58,911 nucleotides of DNA from a virus (taxonomy: Duplodnaviria; Caudoviricetes): positions 1 to 58,911 of IMG/VR virus record IMGVR_UViG_3300036853_000162, one strand, 5' to 3'. Position numbers and translations under genes: made by a program. Positions 26,517 through 36,113 of the stretch are shown here, piece after piece. A model generated the notes under the pieces. That model saw only the letters and a program-made list of their open reading frames with translations, was not told the origin of the DNA and searched no databases. Each line of letters starts with the position of its first letter. Within the stretch, counting starts at the first letter, position 1.

Positions 26517-27509
26517 CTATAAAGCGGTCAATTTATTGGTGACGGTCAATTTTTGTGATTGCCCGGACGCCCACGCAGCATCCTCGATGATCTCGCCCGT
26601 GTACTCGATCGCAAAGATGCCGCCCTCGTCTTTGAACTCACTTACGGAGAGGAGTTTGATGGCCATGTCGTGCTGGATAGCGTAGGTGATGGCCAACTCG
26701 ATGATGGGCCCTACAGCGTCGAAGCGGACGTACACGGTATCCCCGGCACGCAGATGGGTGTACACACCCATGCCCGCTGCATCGGCCTCAAGCAGGAACT
26801 TGCAGGTGTTCTTTGGCGTGGTGTCCACGTGCCCGGCATACGAGACATTCGCGCGGTTGAGCGGCCAGAACCCATCGAAACCCGATGAGTACTCATACTC
26901 GAAGGTAAAAGCGCGGAGGAATTGCGTGGTACCGAGCGCCGCGCTGGTTGGATCGATGTAGATGTTGACGTTGGCACCGGGACAGGGGGCAAGCGCGACC
27001 GCTGTGGGTGTGGCGGTCATGGTCACAGCATCAACAAACGCCTGCGCAAGCATATCGCCAGTGACGGTGAACCCATCCTTGCGGCTGCCCTTGTAGCCGA
27101 AGCCCTGAATCACGCCATAGGCGACACGATGGGCGCGTGTTGCGTCGCCTTGCTCGACCGTATACGTTTTTGGGGTAATTGAGCCGCTCACGGGAGGCGT
27201 CCAGATCCAATCTTTGGACAGTGTACCGCCCGTGTGTGTCGCGGGCGTGGGCGCGCCCCATGCGCCGCTGGCCAGATAGATGAAATCTTGATAGTCGAGA
27301 TCACCACTGAGTTTGACATCCGTCCATTCCCGGTTGAGGGCGGAACTCGACGCCCAACGCCTGCCGGTCCCTCGGTAAGTTTTGACATCGGGATTCGGCG
27401 TCATGGCGACGGTAAGGTTTTCCAGGAGCTTCGTTGCAGGTACTGCGGTACCGGGCGTCGTTTCGGCTCCCAGTTGCACCTGTTGATTTACTGTAGATAT
27501 TTCGGGCAC
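26517..27509 (-). CDS. Major tail tube protein
   Basis: QLGAETTPGTAVPAT N-terminus, YTVEQG; position. Confidence 0.82.
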   Translation of the reverse strand: MPEISTVNQQVQLGAETTPGTAVPATKLLENLTVAMTPNPDVKTYRGTGRRWASSSALNREWTDVKLSGDLDYQDFIYLASGAWGAPTPATHTGGTLSKDWIWTPPVSGSITPKTYTVEQGDATRAHRVAYGVIQGFGYKGSRKDGFTVTGDMLAQAFVDAVTMTATPTAVALAPCPGANVNIYIDPTSAALGTTQFLRAFTFEYEYSSGFDGFWPLNRANVSYAGHVDTTPKNTCKFLLEADAAGMGVYTHLRAGDTVYVRFDAVGPIIELAITYAIQHDMAIKLLSVSEFKDEGGIFAIEYTGEIIEDAAWASGQSQKLTVTNKLTAL

Positions 27510-27520
27510 TTATGCACCTC

Positions 27521-27967
27521 CTACGTCTTTTCTATGAGAAGCTCATAAATCCCGCCGAAGTGCGTGAAATATTTTCCTGCAATCGCGGGCTCATCGTACT
27601 GGAGTGGCGTTTCTCCGATGCATGAGTCAATCCGGCCACCCGTGACCGTGCCCTTGGTCGGACCGCCGAAGAGCTCATCGAGTCGCTCTGCCGCATTCGC
27701 CACGGCCACGGTATCTGATCCCAGGCCAGTGGCCTTAATCTGAAAGAGCGCTCGTGTGAGCACGCGGTAGCCGTTGAATGTCGTCTTGATGCTCCCGGCC
27801 TGAAACCCGAAGATCACGACCGGCATGGCCAGCGGATTACCGCTACTGTCCGTTGCCGGTGCTGCGCCGCGATAGATGCCACCGGGCGCAAGGCCCAACA
27901 GCGTGCTGTCACCCGCGCAGGTGCTATAAATCCAGGCCAGACCAGCGGCAATCTCATGAACACTCAT
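27521..27967 (-). CDS. Tail terminator/completion protein
   Basis: GGIYRGAAP...MPVVIF; position. Confidence 0.7.
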   Translation of the reverse strand: MSVHEIAAGLAWIYSTCAGDSTLLGLAPGGIYRGAAPATDSSGNPLAMPVVIFGFQAGSIKTTFNGYRVLTRALFQIKATGLGSDTVAVANAAERLDELFGGPTKGTVTGGRIDSCIGETPLQYDEPAIAGKYFTHFGGIYELLIEKT

Positions 27968-28317
27968 CCGACTGCCTCAGTGAGCTTTTCATCCAATCTG
28001 GACAGAGCCTCCTCAAAGACCGGGCGAGCCTCCTCGCATCCGGGTGCTACGAACGGGCGGGCGGGAAGGAATCTTGTGCCCTGGTCCTGATAGATCCAGT
28101 AAGGCACGTCAATATGGATCTCTTTGGTTAGCGGATCGCCGCTCTCCTCTTTGTGAACGCTGCCTACCATCGCGCCCGTATCGATCTGTCCATTGATATG
28201 GATGTGCTCCTGGATGCCCCACACGAAGGCGTCTGCGCCCTTCTCGACCATCTGAGCCAGGATGCGAGGAAGCGCGTCAGCAGCGGCCCCCCAATGGTTG
28301 AAGTCAATCGGCATCAC
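27964..28317 (-). CDS. HK97 gp10-like neck protein
   Basis: IDTG.M..S, Y..YQDQGTRFLPARPFVAP. Confidence 0.8.
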   Translation of the reverse strand: MMPIDFNHWGAAADALPRILAQMVEKGADAFVWGIQEHIHINGQIDTGAMVGSVHKEESGDPLTKEIHIDVPYWIYQDQGTRFLPARPFVAPGCEEARPVFEEALSRLDEKLTEAVG

Positions 28318-28338
28318 GCGCCTCCTTTCTCGCTGTGT

Positions 28339-28587
28339 TTAGCTCTGCGCGTGATCCCAGGTATGCGATCCGCCCATGGCGCTATGGGGCACGGCGGCAT
28401 AGGTGTGCTGGTCCTCGTCCTCAAGATCAGCGCGCCCATCGGGCTCCAGGGCTTTGATGGTTGCCTTGCGCGGGATACCGCTAGTCGGGCTATAGTGAAC
28501 AGCGTCGCCCACTTTGGTCGGCCTGCCGTTGATGGTGTGTACTTCGGGCTCAGGCGCGCCGTGTGCGGCCTTATCGTGATATGCCAT
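28339..28587 (-). CDS. Small hypothetical protein (SH3-like)
   Basis: AAGGAG RBS; PTKVGDAVHY...ATI. Confidence 0.65.
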   Translation of the reverse strand: MAYHDKAAHGAPEPEVHTINGRPTKVGDAVHYSPTSGIPRKATIKALEPDGRADLEDEDQHTYAAVPHSAMGGSHTWDHAQS

Positions 28588-28611
28588 GATGGCTCTCCTT
28601 TTGTGTGTTTA

Positions 28612-28980
28612 TCAAACAATTTCGCTTGCCAAAACCTGGGTAAACGCCTCATAACTGTCAGGATCAAGCGTGGCCTGTACAGTCATCTTGCGCCCCTTGA
28701 CGCTCAGGACATCGTTTTTCCTGATATCCGTCCCGTAAGGGAAGGACACCAGCCACGTGAGCAGATCGCCGATCTGGCTGGCGTACTCCGCGATCTCCCC
28801 GGCGGTTGGCAGGGTTACGTCAACTTTGTAGGTGCCGACCGTGCTACTGCTCCCGCCTGGGCTGCCCAATCCGTCAGGATTGCCCACCGACACGCGGTCT
28901 ACCTGGCAATTATCCCGACAGGCCAGACCGGCAAAGAGCGCACGCATCTCCGTCATTTGTGCGTCACCGAACAACGCCAT
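28612..28980 (-). CDS. Head closure/stopper protein
   Basis: FPYGTDIRKNDVL.V.GR; coupled to the upstream stop. Confidence 0.72.
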   Translation of the reverse strand: MALFGDAQMTEMRALFAGLACRDNCQVDRVSVGNPDGLGSPGGSSSTVGTYKVDVTLPTAGEIAEYASQIGDLLTWLVSFPYGTDIRKNDVLSVKGRKMTVQATLDPDSYEAFTQVLASEIV

Positions 28981-29450
28981 CACCAGCCTCCATAGGCGTC
29001 GGGCCACCGCTGCGCAGAGAACTCGCCTTGCGCGGACGGCTCCAAGAAATCCAGATTGAGCCTGCCCAACTGGAAGGATTTCGCACCAGCGAGATCCACG
29101 CCCAGCGCCACCAGATCCTGCTCCGCTTGCGCGAGCAAGGCGCTCACCTGCTGAAATGCCTGATTGCGCATGGCCTGGACGCTACCTGAGAGCGTGACCG
29201 TGAATTGCACGCTGAGCAGGCGTGCAAAGCGCCTGAGCGCGTGATAGGTCAGCAGCGCGAGGTATGACATGACCTGAGCCTGCGGAACAACCGTCGTCGC
29301 CAGCACATCCTCGGGATAGCCCAACTGCCGAAGGGCCATGTCGGTAGCCGTGCTGTACGCGGTCGCGATCTGGCTCACGTCGAATTGTGCATACGTGGCC
29401 AACTCCGCGAATTCAGTGGTCAGATACGTCACTGCTGAGGCCCTATCCAT
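28980..29450 (-). CDS. Head-tail adaptor protein
   Basis: Helical 156 aa protein downstream of the capsid gene. Confidence 0.65.
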   Translation of the reverse strand: MDRASAVTYLTTEFAELATYAQFDVSQIATAYSTATDMALRQLGYPEDVLATTVVPQAQVMSYLALLTYHALRRFARLLSVQFTVTLSGSVQAMRNQAFQQVSALLAQAEQDLVALGVDLAGAKSFQLGRLNLDFLEPSAQGEFSAQRWPDAYGGW

Positions 29451-29452
29451 AA

Positions 29453-29701
29453 TTAGCTCCCGTTGGGCGGGCTAGCGGGCGGAGCGTCGGACGGAGCATC
29501 TTTGCCCTTCTTTGCGGGCGTCGTACCTGGCCCTACCGCAACGCCGTTTTTCACCGTCCATCCCTCTTTGGGTATGCCGTTCGCGTCGACTACGCGGTCG
29601 CCCATGACATAACACCCGCCTGGTACGGTGACATCCAGACGTGGCGTGGGCTCTTCAACTGTGTCCGCTCCTTCAGGCTTCGCTTTCTCCTTGTCAGCCA
29701 T
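29453..29701 (-). CDS. Small hypothetical protein
   Basis: GGAG RBS; VPGG.Y.....VDANG motif. Confidence 0.65.
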   Translation of the reverse strand: MADKEKAKPEGADTVEEPTPRLDVTVPGGCYVMGDRVVDANGIPKEGWTVKNGVAVGPGTTPAKKGKDAPSDAPPASPPNGS

Positions 29702-29727
29702 AGTCGCGCGTCTCCTCTTCTGCCTGA

Positions 29728-30813
29728 TTAATAGGCGAATGTTGGCTCGGCATAGGTGCCAGAACCGGTATACAAAACAGCCCCATTGCTGCGCTCGATC
29801 ACGGAGACCCCATACTCATGCTCCAGGAATTGCGCACGTAGGGGGAACGTCTCAAAGTCCGCTGCAATATGCAGACTCCCCATTTCTGCGTCACGGGTAC
29901 GCATGGCAAGCGGCTTGGGAGCGTCGGTATTGTAGGCAAACACATAGTTGGGTGGAACCCAGGGTTTGACCCACACTTGTGCGCCGCCGATCACATCAAA
30001 GATGCCAATAGCGCGGTTATAGGGGTCGCTCATGTCAAGAGCCTGCCCATTAGCCACAGTGATGTTGTTCGCCACGGTCAAGGCAGGGTTAAAGTACGGA
30101 TAGAAGCCCGTGAATCCGCGTACAGTGGTCTCCTGCGCGCTGTTGATGTAGACACGCATGGAACCGCGTGGGTAGTGCTCCATGACAGTGGTGACGAGCG
30201 AGGTCAGGTTCGCGGCAATAAAGGAGGCGGTAGCCAGGTAGTGGGTATGTGTTGCCGGGTTAAAGGTGTTGCCATACTGATCTGGCGGGATATAGGTGCT
30301 ATCCGCATTGAGCAGGGCTCGCAAGGTTAAAGCAGCGCTATCGACGCGGCGGTCCAGATAGGCTGTGTTGTTGGTGGGATGGAAGAGCGCGTACCCGATG
30401 CTATTGAGCATGTCGCGTTTATCCGCGTCGGTTACGCCAAGAATGATGCGTTCCAGATCCCCGATGGTCTTGGTCTGCATGAAGAGGCGCGTCACACCCC
30501 AACCAACCTGATTGTTATAGAGGGGAATGCCCATCGTAACAGGCACGTTCAGGTTTTTTTGTACATCCGGTCGGCTGAACTCATCAGCACGAATCATGTT
30601 GATCTGGTCCGCGACACCAGTCCAGGTCATCAAGCGCTCGATCGTGGGGACGACGAGATCATTGACCATCTCTTGCATCAGAGCATTATGGATATTCAGG
30701 TAGCGCTGAACTTCAGCGGTTAATTGCTGCTCATCATACGTCTTGAGCAGGTCTCCCGCCGCGATCTGGCGCGCGCCAATCGTATCAAAGACGCTTAAAG
30801 TTCCGAAAGCCAT
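29728..30813 (-). CDS. Major capsid protein
   Basis: 361 aa after scaffold and decoration genes; C-terminal G..Y..PT. Confidence 0.8.
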   Translation of the reverse strand: MAFGTLSVFDTIGARQIAAGDLLKTYDEQQLTAEVQRYLNIHNALMQEMVNDLVVPTIERLMTWTGVADQINMIRADEFSRPDVQKNLNVPVTMGIPLYNNQVGWGVTRLFMQTKTIGDLERIILGVTDADKRDMLNSIGYALFHPTNNTAYLDRRVDSAALTLRALLNADSTYIPPDQYGNTFNPATHTHYLATASFIAANLTSLVTTVMEHYPRGSMRVYINSAQETTVRGFTGFYPYFNPALTVANNITVANGQALDMSDPYNRAIGIFDVIGGAQVWVKPWVPPNYVFAYNTDAPKPLAMRTRDAEMGSLHIAADFETFPLRAQFLEHEYGVSVIERSNGAVLYTGSGTYAEPTFAY

Positions 30814-30834
30814 CTCGGCTCCTTTCTCAGAAGC

Positions 30835-31230
30835 CTAATAGCTTTTGAACAGATAGATGCGCGTGGCATCGATAACGCGACCAATGGGAACCAGCCCGCC
30901 AGTTGTGGCAGCAGTATCTAGCAGTCCTGCTGTGGCACTCAGGTAGGCAAAAGAGCCTGGAGAGAGAGCTGCGCCATAGCGAAAGTTCACATCCCAGTAG
31001 AGAGACGTGGCTTCGCCGATCGGGCAATCATCCGGCGCGAAGCCATCAACCACCGCCGCTGCGTTGGCAGCCGCCCCGGTAGACTTGTAGACTTTGCCAT
31101 CACTCGTTTTGATGTAGCAAGCGTCAGCGGCGCTCAGTGCTTCTCCGGCAATCAGACCAGAGACAGAGCAAGAGGTATCGGGAGCGCCGGTTGAGATACT
31201 CGGCTTCCCGCTTTTTGCGATCGTAGTCAT
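30835..31230 (-). CDS. Head decoration/cement protein
   Basis: AGEALSAADACYI..DGKVYK, PG...YLS.TAG. Confidence 0.72.
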   Translation of the reverse strand: MTTIAKSGKPSISTGAPDTSCSVSGLIAGEALSAADACYIKTSDGKVYKSTGAAANAAAVVDGFAPDDCPIGEATSLYWDVNFRYGAALSPGSFAYLSATAGLLDTAATTGGLVPIGRVIDATRIYLFKSY

Positions 31231-31275
31231 ACTCATCCCTTCCCGCTTGTAAAGAGCGGTCAAAAGGCTTGTGTA

Positions 31276-31866
31276 CTAGAGAGAAGAGTAGCGGCGGCTT
31301 GCGCGAATACGCTCCTCCATTTTTTGCGTTGCGAGTTCCGGGTTATTCGGGTTAATAGGCGGCGGATTCGGTCCGTTGCCAGGTCGCCCGGCCTGTTGCG
31401 TTTGCTCAACAACAAACTTCTTCAGTTCTTTGGCATCCGTTTCTAGCTCAGATTCTGTCTGGCCTCGCAGGCGTGCCGCAAGTGCGGGCGCAAGGCCATG
31501 CTTTGCTGCGACGGTAGCACGGAGCGCTTCATAATCACGCTGTGCTATTTCTCGGTCGCGCTCGGCTATCTGGAGTTTGAGTTCAGTTACCGTCGCCTGA
31601 AGCTGCTCAGCAAGCGCTTTGTGTTCGCCTTGCTCTTTGAGTTGCTTCTGTCGCTCGGCTTCTGCTGCCTCATCCTGTTGCTTCTTGATACGGGCTTTCT
31701 CGCGGTTCTTAAACGCTTCGTCTTCGAGTGCCACAAGTTTGCGCTGTAACGCTTCGAGGTTGCTCGGCTCTCCTTGAGAGTTCGAGGCGGCGACATTCGC
31801 CGGAGGACTACCACTCTCGCCCCCATGGGGTGGGTTGGTAGGATTTTGTGAAGGGTCGTTAGCCAT
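31276..31866 (-). CDS. Scaffold protein
   Basis: Coiled coil, LAARLRGQTESELETDAK, Pro-rich tail. Confidence 0.8.
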   Translation of the reverse strand: MANDPSQNPTNPPHGGESGSPPANVAASNSQGEPSNLEALQRKLVALEDEAFKNREKARIKKQQDEAAEAERQKQLKEQGEHKALAEQLQATVTELKLQIAERDREIAQRDYEALRATVAAKHGLAPALAARLRGQTESELETDAKELKKFVVEQTQQAGRPGNGPNPPPINPNNPELATQKMEERIRASRRYSSL

Positions 31867-31917
31867 AGTGTAATCTACTTTCTCATAATAGTCAAGGTGG
31901 TTAACCGTCAAGAGGCT

Positions 31918-33156
31918 TCACTGGTTATCCACATGCTGCATCTCTGCCACATACTGCCAATTCCATGCGTCGTCTCTGCCTCGCGCCTGCATATCTCTGC
32001 CATCATCATGCGGGTCAGGATGGCCATGGGCATAGCAGAATGGCTTGTCCGGCCACGGCAATCGTTCAAAGAAATCCAGGAGAAAGCCGTGAGGGACAAC
32101 GCGGGCATGTTCGTTCACTTCTTCTCCTCTGATGTCTTCGGCGTGATGGTGTACTGCCACGCTTCGCCAACTTGCTTTACCTCAACATGCGAGAGGGCCA
32201 GCAATGCTTTGAGGAGCAGTTCATTCTCTTCATGCGAGCGGGTCTCTACGTAGAGTATTCGCTCACTATCCTGTGTTTCTCGGATTTCCATCACGGTTCA
32301 CCCCTCGGTTATTCGTTCGATTACCCATTCAATACCTCGTGTCACCCACTCACCCATGCGCGTCAATATCTGCACAAACGGCTCTATAAGCCGCATCCAT
32401 GCATCATGCAGTTCTTGTACTTCCTCTGCGAATGTCTTTTGTTCGCTCATTGCCGCTCGATCTCCTCTCGCTCTTCACTCATCGTCTTCCTCGTTGATGA
32501 AATTGTGCCAACAATCCTGGCAATAGGCGTTTCGTGCTAAAATCCGCTCACCATCGTCTTCGCGCCCCACCTCTCGCAATGACAGGATCACCGCCAATGC
32601 GCCACAGGTGTCACACTCCAATCGTTGCTCTATATAGAGCACGACAGGCTGTAACTTGTAGTTGGGCTTTACATCGCCTATCTCACTCATCCCCTGGTCC
32701 CTTTCCGTCCCACTCAATCGCCCTCCTTTATCGTCGCCTGGAGCCGTGCATTCAGGGCAAGCAGGCAATCATCCGTGTGGTCATACCTGACACGCTCACC
32801 CTCTTTCTGCCCAATCGCACCACAATGCTGACAATGGCTCACCAGTATGCCCTGCAAGCCGCTGGCCACAATAGGATTGGCGTTGCTGATCTGGTCCAAC
32901 ATCCTCGCTATCAGGTGGAGCTGCTCATCGGTCACTGTTTGGTCTCCTTTGCCAGTTGTTGCAGCGTTGCCTCTTCCTGCTTGAGCCACGCGAGAAGAAC
33001 GAGCGACTCATCGGCATCTAATGTGATGTCAGGATGCCGCTTGCCGCCAATCCCGACACGCTTCTGTGTGGGTGTTGTGTTGGTTGCGCCCTGGACATCG
33101 ACATAGTAGACACCGCCATGTTGGCCGAGCCTAGAATATCCTTCAGGTTCATTCAT
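31918..33156 (-). other. Cluster of about six tiny hypothetical ORFs inside the head module
   Basis: Includes 32932..33156, 32714..32935, 32475..32690 and shorter coupled ORFs, several with CxxC motifs. Confidence 0.55.
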
Positions 33157-33791
33157 TCTTGCGTACTCCCGCGAAACTCAAGGCCACAATGACAGTTGGC
33201 TCCGCATTTCCTATCACCTATTGGCACAACATCATTTATATCCTGCCAGCCTAAAGACGCCTGTTCCACGCAATCCCCGCAATGGTCTGCCAATCCGAGC
33301 ACGCTTCTGGCCTCAGTCATGCCACCGTCTACAGCGGATTGTGTCACGACGGCTTCGTACGTGCCTCTGCTGGCCTGCGTGTAGAGCGCCGATCTGCTCA
33401 CCAGCGTGCCGTCAAGTGCCTGTGTGCCGTTCCTGATTTGCAGTGCAAATTGTTTCAGGAACGCGTACTGCTTCTTGACCAGTGAGCCGAGGAAGCCGAG
33501 CGCTGAATTGCTCGTGTTCTCCAATCCGCCGTTGGCTGCCAGCCCCATGGCCACGTGCAGGCTCTTGATCAATGATGCGCTCTGTACCTGCCAGTCGGAT
33601 AGCGCAATCTTGCCATCAACCAGCGATTGCGCAAGGTCACGCATCTTGAGCGTCTCGATATCGATGATGGTATCGACCGCTGAGCGCACCTCTTTGGCTG
33701 AGAGATACTGGCCATTGGACCGGTTACGATAGCGCCTTGAAGACGGATCGTATTGATATTGGCTGAGTTGGGACGTATTAGGGCTGGCCAC
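33153..33791 (-). CDS. Minor capsid/head morphogenesis protein (Mu gpF-like)
   Basis: HCGDC...PIGDRKCGANCHC. Confidence 0.75.
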   Translation of the reverse strand: MASPNTSQLSQYQYDPSSRRYRNRSNGQYLSAKEVRSAVDTIIDIETLKMRDLAQSLVDGKIALSDWQVQSASLIKSLHVAMGLAANGGLENTSNSALGFLGSLVKKQYAFLKQFALQIRNGTQALDGTLVSRSALYTQASRGTYEAVVTQSAVDGGMTEARSVLGLADHCGDCVEQASLGWQDINDVVPIGDRKCGANCHCGLEFRGSTQE

Positions 33792-34221
33792 TAATCATCT
33801 CCGAGTTCTCGTAAATGTTGCCAATGACCTCAAGAGATTGGTTCGTCCTGCTCAGGACACCGCCCGTATAGAGCGGCGGACAATCCTTCACATCACGATC
33901 ATCTTTGAGAATCCACATGCCCTCAAACTCTGAAAACATCACTGCGTACACACCTATTTTTTGCCCTGGTTTCGGCCAGCCATAGGGGTACGCCTTAACG
34001 ATATCGCCCTCGTAGATCTCGTGTTTGTTTCGGTCTGTGAAACCAGTGAATTGCATGAGAGTACCGTTCTCGCCATGGACGAGCGGATTATAGATGATAC
34101 CCTTTGGCGCTGATTCGGCGATGACGGTTCTTGCGCTTCCATCGTCGCCAAAACTGAGACTGGCAACAAGACTCATTTTTCGGTCGTAGGTATCCCACAC
34201 GCGATACTTGATCGCTCTCAT
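33778..34221 (-). CDS. YopX-family protein
   Basis: IKYRVWD, MQFTG..D.N..EIYEGDI, EVIGNIYEN. Confidence 0.9.
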   Translation of the reverse strand: MRAIKYRVWDTYDRKMSLVASLSFGDDGSARTVIAESAPKGIIYNPLVHGENGTLMQFTGFTDRNKHEIYEGDIVKAYPYGWPKPGQKIGVYAVMFSEFEGMWILKDDRDVKDCPPLYTGGVLSRTNQSLEVIGNIYENSEMISGQP

Positions 34222-34418
34222 TGCTTCTTCTCACCTTTCAAGACTGACGCCCTCAAGAGAGATCGATACTTCGTCGGCGCGTCCCGTTCCCAGAGCGCCT
34301 CTGCCGCCTTGAGATCCCCCAGGTGTACATCTGCCATATCGGCCATGTCCTCATCGGTCCAATCAATGGGCTTCCCGAGCGGAACGCGCTTCGGCTTCTT
34401 CGCTGGCTGAGCCATCAC
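34218..34418 (-). CDS. Hypothetical protein
   Basis: GGAGG RBS; coupled to the YopX gene. Confidence 0.6.
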   Translation of the reverse strand: MMAQPAKKPKRVPLGKPIDWTDEDMADMADVHLGDLKAAEALWERDAPTKYRSLLRASVLKGEKKQ

Positions 34419-34561
34419 TTCATGCCTCCCATCTTCTTCATGGGCATAGAATACGATCCCGACGTAGCCGCTGGCTTTGCTTTATTGCCCTTGAGTCGCT
34501 TGTCCTTTTTGGTTCCTTTGCTCGGTTTGCCGCCCATCTGCTCGTTCTCCTCTCTCTCGTA

Positions 34562-36112
34562 TCATTGCCCGATTGCGGGCACGACATCTTCGTTCAAGGC
34601 CATCTGGTCCTGCTGGATCTTTGCCGCCAGATCCTCGTTCATCGACCCTATCTCCTCGTCTGTGTAGCCCTCTTCTCGCATGGCAAACGCGAGCGGTACG
34701 CCTGCCGTGACCGCAAGCCCAATGCCCGTCCACTGCGCTTGTTTCTCCTGTGCTCCCTCAAGTCTGGTCGGGTTGATCAGCGGGCGCGGCATGATGGCCA
34801 TGTCGAGCACACCATTCGCATAAGAATCCAGCCCAAATGGCTTGAATTTCGCCTGCTGCCTGTTGAGTGGCCCCCACGCGCCAGAGTTGGCACGCATGCC
34901 GCCGATCGCAACCGCCATACGAAACAGGCTCATACTCGACTGGTCATAGGAGGCTTGCGCCCGCAGCACACGGCTCTCAACGTCGCCAGAGAGGCGCTGA
35001 GCCGCCGGGCCGGTGACCTGAGACATGGAACGAAGTTGTTCGTAGAACGTGATTTCAGGATGCCGCCGTTCGATCTCGCTATACAGGCGCGCGACGGAGA
35101 GATCAGCGCCCGCCAGGTCCAGGTTGCCAGCGAGCGGAGAGAATGATCCTCCACTTGATCCTTGCAGCAGGAGCAAACTCTGATCGTCATTTGTGCGATC
35201 GCGATCAGTGTCGCCCTCCGCCGCGAGATCGATCCTGTTGTCACTCCACACGATCCCGGGCGACTCGATCACCTTGCGAATGTGGTTGTGGACCTGCGAA
35301 ATAAGCGCGTTTAATTCATCGATCGCGGGCACAATGCCACCGATCACCGATGCGCCGAAGTAGCCCGGACCTGGCTTGTGCCGGACCCAGACGGCAGGTA
35401 CGAATGTATACATGTTGGGGGCAACTGCCCCAGAGCCGTAGTCATACGGCTCCCCATCGCGGTAGTAGCGAAACGCTTGTTGGTCCACCTCCTTGCGGTA
35501 AGTGTAAAAACCGGCACGGTCATGTGCCGGATACTCAACGGTATAGCTCTTCAGGTTGCCAGCGCTGTCCAGAACAATATCATGAAGATAGCCAGGCCAG
35601 ATGAAGTCCACACAGACCTTGCCCCGCTCCATATCATCGATGATCTCTATGAGCGTGTTTCCAAGAGTCGCCGCCTCTTCGATCATTCGATACATGTTGG
35701 CCTGCCACCCGGACCATTGCCAGAATTGCGCGATTGCATCTTTGAGATTTGGCTGAGTATCCCGAGAAAACGGAATGGCGATAGAGACTCCATCAGGCAG
35801 GTTGCGCCCATCCTCACTCAACACGCCCGGGTAGATGGCGTCGGTGTAAAATTCCACCAGGCGCTCAACGGGATTATAGAGATAGCGTGTGCGCGGGAAG
35901 AGACGATAGTCCGCGAGATATTTTCGCATCCAAGGATGGGCTAACTGGTCGAACATCGAATTATTATAATAGGCCCAGAGACGGTTATACCGCGCCGGAT
36001 GATGATCATAGTCTCCCTGGTTGCGTATCTCACGCGCCGGATCATCCCAGGTGCGCCTGGCTTCGCTCCAGCCTGCCCGTGTTGCTTGCATAAGTCTCCC
36101 CCAGAATGCCAT
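34562..36112 (-). CDS. Portal protein
   Basis: 516 aa immediately after the terminase large subunit. Confidence 0.82.
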   Translation of the reverse strand: MAFWGRLMQATRAGWSEARRTWDDPAREIRNQGDYDHHPARYNRLWAYYNNSMFDQLAHPWMRKYLADYRLFPRTRYLYNPVERLVEFYTDAIYPGVLSEDGRNLPDGVSIAIPFSRDTQPNLKDAIAQFWQWSGWQANMYRMIEEAATLGNTLIEIIDDMERGKVCVDFIWPGYLHDIVLDSAGNLKSYTVEYPAHDRAGFYTYRKEVDQQAFRYYRDGEPYDYGSGAVAPNMYTFVPAVWVRHKPGPGYFGASVIGGIVPAIDELNALISQVHNHIRKVIESPGIVWSDNRIDLAAEGDTDRDRTNDDQSLLLLQGSSGGSFSPLAGNLDLAGADLSVARLYSEIERRHPEITFYEQLRSMSQVTGPAAQRLSGDVESRVLRAQASYDQSSMSLFRMAVAIGGMRANSGAWGPLNRQQAKFKPFGLDSYANGVLDMAIMPRPLINPTRLEGAQEKQAQWTGIGLAVTAGVPLAFAMREEGYTDEEIGSMNEDLAAKIQQDQMALNEDVVPAIGQ

Positions 36113-36113
36113 A

